A DNA stretch of 39,893 nucleotides from Nemertoderma westbladi. Lineage: Eukaryota; Animalia; Xenacoelomorpha. Below are positions 25,778-33,995 of the stretch, one piece after another; position 1 is the stretch's first letter; every line of letters begins with the position of its first letter. The notes under the pieces are model-generated. The model was not told the origin of the DNA and did not search any database. It saw only the letters and a program-made list of their open reading frames with translations. The stretch is from contig JAUCBJ010001460.1 in NCBI GenBank assembly GCA_032718475.1, positions 1-39,893 on the forward strand. Reading direction: 5' to 3'. The position numbers and the translations under genes are program-made.

Positions 25778-26791
25778 ATGGTGCAAATCGAAGTTATAAC
25801 CCTAGCCCAGTTGCAAGAAAATTCTAACGATATTGAGTTTTCTCCTGAAGGGAATAGACTATTCGCTACAATTCTACACGTAACCAGGCCGTCAGCAGCG
25901 ATCGACAAATACAAAACTGTTAAGGTTGCCGGGACGAAGAGGACCATAAAGGAACCCATTTATGATAGAATGTTTGTTATGGGCGATTTGGCTGAGTCGA
26001 GGTGCTTTGTTATGTTTATGGATAATTCGCGGGAATCGGCTAAAGTTCTGAAGTATAAAGAATTTACCATCGGCTCAGTCATTGCAATAAAGGAACCATT
26101 GATTGACGGGTTCCTTGGTAACGACATGGATAACCCCGTGGTAGTTACCTTCTACCCGCTCCTCCCCGCCACACCCGCGGCCGCTATTCCTCCCTTCCAC
26201 TTATCCTTGGAAGGGAAAGTTGGATTTCAGCAATTCCTTTTGATGAATTTGAATCTAAGGTTGGACTGTGGCCACGTGGTGTCGCCAACGTGTGGCGGTT
26301 GGCTCTGTGACAGACGGGAGGAGCTGGGACCCGTCAGTCAATGTGTTTGCGTGACAAAACTACAGGAAAGCGGATGGGCGTTGTCGTTGCGAGTGCGGTG
26401 CCTTAACAACGACATCATAGATTTTGGAATGGCTTACGTAAGTTGGAGTCTTACTAAATTATTTGTTTCATCTCAGTCGCTGAATCTGCCACCCTCCCTC
26501 ATTGACGAAGATGGGTTAAGGCAATCCATCTGCGGCATTGCTGCAGCTGTGAATAATGGCGGTGGTTGGACAGTCACGGGCTGGTACAAGTGCGCAGTAT
26601 CGAAGGAGGACGCTACTACCAGCGCTGTGAATGAGCTTCACATATCAACGTTGAAGCCGTCCAACCCCGTTAATGTTGAGAACATGAAATATTGCCGTGC
26701 GGCCCCTCTCGTTCCTGTGGTTCATGTTCTACAACCTCGACTGGCCCCGATAATTCAGGTCACCCCAGGTTTTGGGTCCCGATGCTGCTGA
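25778..26791 (+). CDS. Uncharacterised 337-aa protein, predicted two OB-folds with a Cys4 Zn insertion (RPA70-like)
   Basis: Uninterrupted ORF, GC-richer than its AT-rich flanks, with TTTTCAG immediately before the ATG. YDRMFVMGDL...GSVIAIKEP, CGGWLCDR...CVC, GGWTVTGWYK, LHISTLKP; homologous fragments elsewhere in the window. Confidence 0.7.
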   Translation: MVQIEVITLAQLQENSNDIEFSPEGNRLFATILHVTRPSAAIDKYKTVKVAGTKRTIKEPIYDRMFVMGDLAESRCFVMFMDNSRESAKVLKYKEFTIGSVIAIKEPLIDGFLGNDMDNPVVVTFYPLLPATPAAAIPPFHLSLEGKVGFQQFLLMNLNLRLDCGHVVSPTCGGWLCDRREELGPVSQCVCVTKLQESGWALSLRVRCLNNDIIDFGMAYVSWSLTKLFVSSQSLNLPPSLIDEDGLRQSICGIAAAVNNGGGWTVTGWYKCAVSKEDATTSAVNELHISTLKPSNPVNVENMKYCRAAPLVPVVHVLQPRLAPIIQVTPGFGSRCC

Positions 26792-26987
26792 TGCGCCACC
26801 AGAGGTACCGCTACAGGCTGATCCCGAAGCTGCTGATGCACCGCTAGAGTTACCATTACAAGCTGATCCCGATGCGCCACCAGTGGTACCGTTACAAGCT
26901 GATCCCGAAGCTGCTGATGCACCGCTAGATGTACCGCTATATGCTGATCCCGAAGCCGCCGTTGATTCGTCACCAGATCCAGAATAA
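26780..26987 (+). repeat. ~45-bp coding-like tandem repeat (DAPPEVPLQADPEAA) x4
   Basis: GATGCGCCACCAG.GGTACCG.TACA.GCTGATCCCGAAGC recurs; may be a frameshifted tail of ORF 25778. Confidence 0.75.
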
Positions 26988-28290
26988 TCCAGATGTACAG
27001 GCTGATTAACTGTTATTTTTATAAGTAGACCTAGGCCTACAGATATTATATTACGACGCTGGTACCGTTACCGGCAAAAGTAGAATAAGTCTAAAAGTAG
27101 AATATATACGTATGGTAATGCGGTATGGTACTGCGGTACGGTACACACACAGTACTCTGGTACTGCAGAACAGCAGTTTTCCAGTATCATTTCGTACATA
27201 TCCAGTTCGGCAGTTTACATATTATAACAGTATATAATGCAGTAATGTTAGCCTACTGTTAGTTAATTTTATTTATAGGCTAGAGTGTACGGGTTTTATA
27301 AGCAATAGCTTCTTATATCCTATTATCATTAAATCAAATATTATGTATAATAATATCTTATGCAGTTCTGTGTATTTTGTTATTACAGTAGGCCGGCCTA
27401 CAGCAGTATTACTGTATTATGCTATTATGTGTACATTGTAGTAGGCTTAGTGTTAGTACCGTACTTGTTTATCAATATAATTATAATAATCAATATAAAT
27501 ATAATCTCGCTTAATGAAAACTACTTAAATCGCTTGCTCTTCACTCACTACCTAGTTCCCCCTTGTGGTTTATCTGCATACAGATGAGCCGATTCTGTAT
27601 GGGAAAAACTTTTATGTTGACTTTTATTTTTTTTCGCCTTTGTCAAACTGTCTGTGTATTTCTAAAGGTTTTTGTTTTTGCAGTGCTGGTACAATCTTAT
27701 TTTATTAGTTTAGTTTAAACATATCTTATTAGTTTTAGTTGGCTTTACTAGATATAGTTTTTTTTTGGGAAACAACTGTACTTTATTACTATAATAAGTA
27801 TATAATAAGTAGTTTTTTTTGGGAGTTTTTCCTGGGAATAAACTAGGCAACAATACTTTATTAGTGGGATTTTTACCGCCTTATATAGAATTCAACATTA
27901 CCTGCAGTAGGGGTTGATTGTTGTGGTAGGTTTACCGGTAGGCCTACAGTTCATATTCAGGTAGTTAATTTAATTTACTCAGGGGTTAATTTCACTGTAA
28001 AACGGGATTAAGTATTGGGGTAATATAATAGTACTGTTACTGTAGTTTTAGTCTATACCACTTCTAATGACGCGGAGTAGTTTGTGAAATTTGCTCAAAA
28101 ATTATACAACAACGATGTCTTATAAAGTGTAATTGCTGCTATAAATCTTTCCACTTAAATTGTTTACCTGGTAGAAACCAAAAAGCAGATAAAAATTACC
28201 TGCAGCAATTGATGAAGTATTATACCATACTACTGCAAAAAAATGTTTGTAGCATTAATAAGCATAATTAAAAAAAAAAAAAAAATGACA

Positions 28291-29136
28291 TTAAAATAAA
28301 AAATTAAGTATTAAAAATAATATATTTTCTAGCACAAAATAAGCCATGCTTCTGTGTTCGGAAATGTTGGCGCCTAGGAAGTGGCTATAGTATTTAGTAG
28401 TGGGGTCTGTGGCTGGGGGGGGGGGGGGGGGGGGGGTATGAAGTAATCTAACTTTTTTATAGTAGACTTCCTCAACTTCACGACTAATAATTTGCCCATA
28501 TTCCCCTTCTATGGGTATGCTACGCAACAGAGGGTATTCGCTATTGTCTACAAATTGAGGTTCGACGCAATTGATATGTATATTTATGTTGGGTTCCAGT
28601 ATTTTGACAGCATTAGGATGCTTATGGCAGTCGTACTTATTATTCCGCGAATCAATCCTTAGCAAGTGATAATCCCCCGCAGCATTTTGCACACACATAA
28701 AACCTTTGCCATCAACCTCGTGTTCTGTTAATCCTAGGTAACCACCCAAACGTTTACTGACAAATATCGACAACTGTTTACCTTTAAAATGTATGGTTAT
28801 ATTACCAGAGCGTGCTGTATTATCAATTATATTAATTTGGCCTTTAATAAGGCTTTTGTTGAAGTACTCAATGATCCTTTCCAATGATAGGAAAGATCCT
28901 TCGGGGAGAGTAACATCTCTTGTAAACATTTTTTTATTTTTTATGGCCTTTATATAAATGTCGCTATTGTCATACCTGATACTAGATACGTACGTTATAC
29001 CGGTTAAACCTATTAACCATTGCCCTTTAGCGAAAGGTAAAGGAATTTGCAAATTTGTTTGGAAATCGCTGGCGCTATTACGTGGGAATTCTATGGGGTT
29101 TGCGTTTGAGGGTAGTACAACGTAATAACTGTTCAT
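28291..29136 (-). pseudogene. Polinton penton/minor capsid protein paralog 2, C-terminally truncated at ~28437
   Basis: YVVLPSNA...FPRNSASDF.T.L..PL....W.IGL..I, PQFV.NS.YPLLR.I. The last strands seen in paralog 1 are replaced by poly-Pro and unrelated sequence. Confidence 0.8.
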
Positions 29137-30017
29137 TCTTGTAGTTTTTGTCGCCGTTGTTGTTTTTTGAGTTCTAGAACTAAAATTGTTTTACCTCCAT
29201 GAAAGACTATATGCTTTCCTTTATGGTCGCGAAGCGTTATACTAATTGTGTCGAGCACTTTTTTATTTCTTAATTGTTTGTAATGTGTGTTTTTGAATTC
29301 CAGGTTGATGAATGAGTATGGTTCCCATTTCAAAGGGATTATCCGCAAAAGAGGCGCCATCGAATGTCCTACGTGAGAAGATTCAATCATATCTGTATAT
29401 ATAAACATTGTGTGTCTATCCCTCGTTATATCACAAGGTTCAGGGAATTCAACCCCATCCAATTTGTTTGTATCTTTACAGCCTAAGTTCAATAAACCAT
29501 CATCTTTGTTATAGTGTATTGCCCAAAGCGCCCCAAGACCCATTAAATTATTTTTTAAACTCGATAACCCGAAAATATTTATTATATCTCCATAGAATTG
29601 GAAATAGCGGCCTTTCTCACAATGTAGACGAATTTTTGATGTATTTTTTTGGTAGTTAAACTTAACATCTTTGAAACCGTGGTGGGATATTGAGGGATTT
29701 TTCAAATAAACACTAATATGGTTTAAAATTGACTCAATAGAAGCATATAGCCCAAGATTGAAATCGATTTCTATAAGATTGTATGGAGCTATATGAAATT
29801 CCAAATCCTCATCATACATATATTCGCCAATTCTAATTCCAGATCTTTGTTCAATATTTCTATAGGTCGACACATACTGTATTTCCTTTAGACCCACGAC
29901 CCAATCTGTGCTGACGGGGATAGGTTTGGACAACTCAATCGTGAAATCGCTGGGAGTGTTATCGGGATATTTATCTAGACTGGCGTTGGAAGTCAACGTT
30001 AAATGTAAGTAATCCAT
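29133..30017 (-). CDS. Polinton penton/minor capsid protein (single jelly-roll) paralog 1
   Basis: LTLTSNASLDKYPDNTPSDFTIEL..PI....W.VGLKEIQY; MFIYTD.I....VG....PLLRII; HY..L....I.I.LRD..G..I.F..G.T.L.L. Confidence 0.85.
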   Translation of the reverse strand: MDYLHLTLTSNASLDKYPDNTPSDFTIELSKPIPVSTDWVVGLKEIQYVSTYRNIEQRSGIRIGEYMYDEDLEFHIAPYNLIEIDFNLGLYASIESILNHISVYLKNPSISHHGFKDVKFNYQKNTSKIRLHCEKGRYFQFYGDIINIFGLSSLKNNLMGLGALWAIHYNKDDGLLNLGCKDTNKLDGVEFPEPCDITRDRHTMFIYTDMIESSHVGHSMAPLLRIIPLKWEPYSFINLEFKNTHYKQLRNKKVLDTISITLRDHKGKHIVFHGGKTILVLELKKQQRRQKLQE

Positions 30018-30031
30018 AATAATATAATTAA

Positions 30032-31117
30032 TTATTGTACGTGATCAACCCACCGATGTGCTGCAAAACCAACAAATTTAACCAAATATTGCTTTTTGCC
30101 GCTTTTATTTACTTTTTCTTTAATTATTTTTTCAATTGGTAGGAATTGAAATGGTTCTATTACCTTTTGGATTTCATGCCGATAAAATGTCCCCTTTATA
30201 ACGCGCCCATTCGAGTCCGCAACTTCGTACATAGGGTACGGCTCTCGATCCAATCTTATTCTGTAAATTTTGAAAATTTCTATAGTATAATTAGGTGTAT
30301 AACCTTTGTCAAATGGCTTTCTAGCTAAACTCAGCCGCACCTTATCACCAACCTTGAAATGAACTCGACGCTGCGCACGACGTTTTCTTTTATTGGGATG
30401 ACCCACACTCCCATATAGTTTTAAAAATAGGTCAGTTTCATTCTTTTTATTGACAGAGTTTGGCGCCATACCAATGGTTCTATGTATTGAATTATTATAT
30501 GCAACCAATATTTTTGGCAATATACCCATCCATTCTCTATTCTGTTTCCTCGTGAAAATTCTGTACATGCGAGATTTGAGGGTGCGATTCAGCCTTTCAC
30601 AGATACTAGCTTTAAATTGGCTAACTAAAGTATAAAAATGAACATTATTGTTCAGTAAGAAATCTTTCACCAATTTATTAACAAACTCAGTTCCTTGATC
30701 AACCGCTAGCCGTTTAGGTTTTCTATCTTCAAATATCGTGGCTAGGGCCCTTTTAATTTCGACCCCTGTTTTACGTTTTAGACCCAACGCCCACGCCTTC
30801 CGACTAAAACAGTCAATACAAGTAAGTATGTAACCGTAGCCATTATTCTCACCCCTAAAAGGTTGCATATCGCACAAATCCGCTTGGTATAGATCGCCAA
30901 TACCGCTCGTGAAGATTTTTGATGTCGGGTAATGGCGCCTAGCCGGCGCGTGTAGGGAATACGTTCGTTGGGAGCTCAACCATTCTTTTGCGCGATTTCT
31001 CGTAACTTTAGCGGCTTTCGCTAGTTTGGTTACGCTCGCGAAACCGGCAGCATTTGAAACATCGTAATATATTCTTCCCAGTCGTTTGTTTGTTCGATTT
31101 TCTACGATTCTCCCCAT
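30032..31117 (-). CDS. int: Polinton retroviral-like (rve) integrase with C-terminal chromodomain-like region
   Basis: YQADLCDM, YILTCIDCFSR, VDQGTEF, ICERLNRTLK (DDE intact), YNNSIHRTIGMAP, FKVGDKVR, IEKII...YLVKFVG...WV. Confidence 0.95.
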   Translation of the reverse strand: MGRIVENRTNKRLGRIYYDVSNAAGFASVTKLAKAAKVTRNRAKEWLSSQRTYSLHAPARRHYPTSKIFTSGIGDLYQADLCDMQPFRGENNGYGYILTCIDCFSRKAWALGLKRKTGVEIKRALATIFEDRKPKRLAVDQGTEFVNKLVKDFLLNNNVHFYTLVSQFKASICERLNRTLKSRMYRIFTRKQNREWMGILPKILVAYNNSIHRTIGMAPNSVNKKNETDLFLKLYGSVGHPNKRKRRAQRRVHFKVGDKVRLSLARKPFDKGYTPNYTIEIFKIYRIRLDREPYPMYEVADSNGRVIKGTFYRHEIQKVIEPFQFLPIEKIIKEKVNKSGKKQYLVKFVGFAAHRWVDHVQ

Positions 31118-31241
31118 CGGTTGTGTCGTGTCGTGGAAGAAAACACTTGCAATGACAGTTAATACTTAATATGAAACGTTCAAAAAACATACTACTACTA
31201 CCATTTTAATGTTATCCCGCGCTTTGTTTCCACACGTCGAT

Positions 31242-31703
31242 TTATTGTAGTCCTACGTATTGTTTCCACGCGTCGACGCGTTTTGTGTTGGAAGGGGTCA
31301 CGCGGACCCTTTGCCGTTTCAACCAACCGCGACCAATTAATCGTTTTGGTATCCTTAATCGTTTTAATAACCCCAAAAATGTTGCTTGTCCTGGAATTAT
31401 TTCGGTGTTTTTCTTATTTTTTTTTGTAGTCAGCAATTCAATCAAATGATCAATATTTGCTCCGGGAATAAGTTTATTTTCTATATAGAGTTTATTATTA
31501 TCGCTCCACCGTACTCTGTCTCGCGAGAATCGCATCAAATAACTCAACAATCGTTTGGCTTTCTGGGATGAAATTGTCACACCATCTAGCGGTTGTATTA
31601 TATTATTGCTTTTCTTATTATTATTATTATAAGTATCCGTTAATAAAGTAGAAACTAGATACAACTTCTTAAAATTTCCGAGGCTAATCTCGTTATTTTT
31701 CAT
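31242..31703 (-). CDS. Conserved Polinton hypothetical protein
   Basis: KAKRLL..L....VRW.....L.I....IPGANI..L...PG...FL..L....IP..LI pattern typical of Maverick accessory ORFs. Confidence 0.65.
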   Translation of the reverse strand: MKNNEISLGNFKKLYLVSTLLTDTYNNNNKKSNNIIQPLDGVTISSQKAKRLLSYLMRFSRDRVRWSDNNKLYIENKLIPGANIDHLIELLTTKKNKKNTEIIPGQATFLGLLKRLRIPKRLIGRGWLKRQRVRVTPSNTKRVDAWKQYVGLQ

Positions 31704-31824
31704 CGTTATATATCATTATTAATATATTAATACTATATACTAGAGTTCACGTTCATGGACCGATAATAACCTAATTTTGGTGAAAGTCTAAACAATGTGT
31801 GAAAATGGTTTTAGCACGGCGTCG

Positions 31825-32535
31825 CTACTGCGGTATAGACTGAGCCTCGGGGCGTTGGTGAGGTGTGTTAGAGTTCATATTCGTGGGTTGATAAACAGTT
31901 TGCCCTAATGGGTTGAAAATATCACCCCTAACTCTTATACTATCATCCGTTTTTTGATGAAAGTCTAAGAGAAGGTGTGTGAATGGTTTTTGTGTGGCGT
32001 CACTATATGCTTGAACAATAAAATTGCTATTTTTTGGGTACACTTGCCGCGCTATATAGCTTATTTGACTTGCGTCGCGGGGATTTTTTGTGAAAATACA
32101 ATATTGGGCATTTAGACTTCTAGTCCGTGTTTCCGCCCCTTTACTGAAGAAATTTTGTGTTATATAGATAATGAAACAGGAAGTATGATGGCAGGTTTTT
32201 GTGAAGCTTTCTGTCAAACTCTCATCACTCTTACTTTCGCTTAACAAGTCGTCTATAATAATTAGATCGTTTTCGCGGAAAATAGAATTAATTTTTTGCG
32301 GTAAACCTTTGAATAGATGTGTTATACCCGGGAATTCTGGTGGGGTGGCGCCATAAAAGAATAATACACGCTTCGGGGTTATATCAAAAACTAAATTTTT
32401 ATTTTTTACAATTTTTGATACCAACACTGTTTTTCCGGAAGAACTTGGACCCGCAATAATCATGGCCGAACCCATCTTGAAAGAGGCGTCGTATGATGTG
32501 ATTGGTTCCCGTGATATCGTCGGCTCTCGGGACAT
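31825..32535 (-). CDS. A32/FtsK-like genome packaging ATPase
   Basis: Walker A GPSSSGKT, Walker B LIIIDDL, YITQNFF, RT.SLNAQY, KNPRD.SQI, AY.DAT..PF. Confidence 0.93.
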   Translation of the reverse strand: MSREPTISREPITSYDASFKMGSAMIIAGPSSSGKTVLVSKIVKNKNLVFDITPKRVLFFYGATPPEFPGITHLFKGLPQKINSIFRENDLIIIDDLLSESKSDESLTESFTKTCHHTSCFIIYITQNFFSKGAETRTRSLNAQYCIFTKNPRDASQISYIARQVYPKNSNFIVQAYSDATQKPFTHLLLDFHQKTDDSIRVRGDIFNPLGQTVYQPTNMNSNTPHQRPEAQSIPQ

Positions 32536-32719
32536 TGTTGATAGGTAGCCACTCAGTAGATGGGAAAACTAGAAACTTGACGGTTGATGCGTGTGCCAGA
32601 GGTAGTAGGTCTATACCCCTGGCGGGATTGGGCTAATTTTCTGCCTCTTACAGCCGTTATTATGGGTGATATTTTCTGATAAGCGTTAAGCCCACTCATT
32701 AAACCGGAGATAAGTAGAT

Positions 32720-33016
32720 TTATAAATCAACCCCTTTGCACCAATCGTTTACGATAAATTCGAATGGGATACTTGGCTTTTGGTGTTTTAGCGATCTCGC
32801 GTATTGTTTTTTTTTATGGCGTTTTAACCTCACGATTGTTTGCTCAGGAATTTTTACGTTACCATTTAATACATTTAGAATAATATTAATTAGAAAACTT
32901 ATAAGTTCGTCGGTTCCACCGACGCGTAAGAAGGTTTTTCTACGGTTGAGGGGGGCGTTAGATAAGAACTTTAAATCCCCATCAAATTGTTTAATTAAAG
33001 CTTTGAGTGATTTCAT
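32720..33016 (-). pseudogene. Small basic Polinton protein (putative virion/core protein), frameshifted at the A9 run 32807-32815
   Basis: LI..L.NI.LNVLNGNVKI....L.RHKK; the -1 frame continues TIREIA...RKRLVQRG*FINLLISGL. Confidence 0.6.
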
Positions 33017-33425
33017 TACATATATTAATAACTTATATAAACGAGAACAATAATAGTAAGTAATAAAACACCACCACCGTTATAAATAGTATCACGCGAT
33101 AAAACCGAGCAATTATAGAAACCGTCACTCTTTAAACCTAACATCAATAATAATTAATAAAATACATTATATAACGCGAACAATGAATTAATTTTGACAT
33201 ACTGACGGACAGAAAGACCGACAAATAGACAGATAGACTAGATTTATGTAAATGTAAAACCGACGTCAGAAATGAAATTGACGCCCTTGACAACCTAAAA
33301 CTACTGATAAAACACGTTATATATATATATATATATAATGCGAATAATGTTAATATCTGTGTTTATTTAAAAACCTAACGAGATCCCACTGGACAAACCT
33401 AAAACTGGTGCCAGAAATGAAAAAA

Positions 33426-33986
33426 TTAAATATTTCTACCTAAATGACTATCTAAATTACCAATAAAATTCAAAAACTTTGGAAAAAATACTCGAAATAT
33501 CTCGGGTCTTGCCATACACACAACATTTCGTGTGTAAAAAACGCAAAATGTTATGATATTAGAACTAGTTTTACCCCGACGATAAAACTGCACAAGAATA
33601 TTATTAAATATCTCCGGCTCATATTTCACCTCCACATTATAATAATTATCTAAAAAATGAAACCCAACCGTTTTCATTAATTTGCTATAGTCTATGTCTA
33701 GATTGTTAATAATATAAGTTTGGCTATTGATTGAAATAAAAGTTAGTTTATAATCAGTATGCTTATATATATACTTAATAATTTTTTTTATTTTAGGTGA
33801 TTTACCGAGTACAGTGACCTTACCGCTCGGGAAAAAGAGACACGTCCATCCGCAAATTTTGGTGATATATTGGAAAGGCTTTAAGATGAGTTTTCCATTT
33901 CGAATTCGTTTAGCCAGCACATCGAATGATATGCGCCCATCAACCAACCTCAAACTTATATTACTGTTGACAACAGTAAAAGACAT
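33426..33986 (-). CDS. TATA-binding protein (TBP)-like protein encoded by the Polinton
   Basis: 186 aa with two-repeat TBP-core pattern: VVN, KPF, LFFPSGKVTVLG, SIN, YEPEIF, CVFYT.NVVC. Confidence 0.8.
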   Translation of the reverse strand: MSFTVVNSNISLRLVDGRISFDVLAKRIRNGKLILKPFQYITKICGWTCLFFPSGKVTVLGKSPKIKKIIKYIYKHTDYKLTFISINSQTYIINNLDIDYSKLMKTVGFHFLDNYYNVEVKYEPEIFNNILVQFYRRGKTSSNIITFCVFYTRNVVCMARPEIFRVFFPKFLNFIGNLDSHLGRNI

Positions 33987-33995
33987 CGCAATCCG

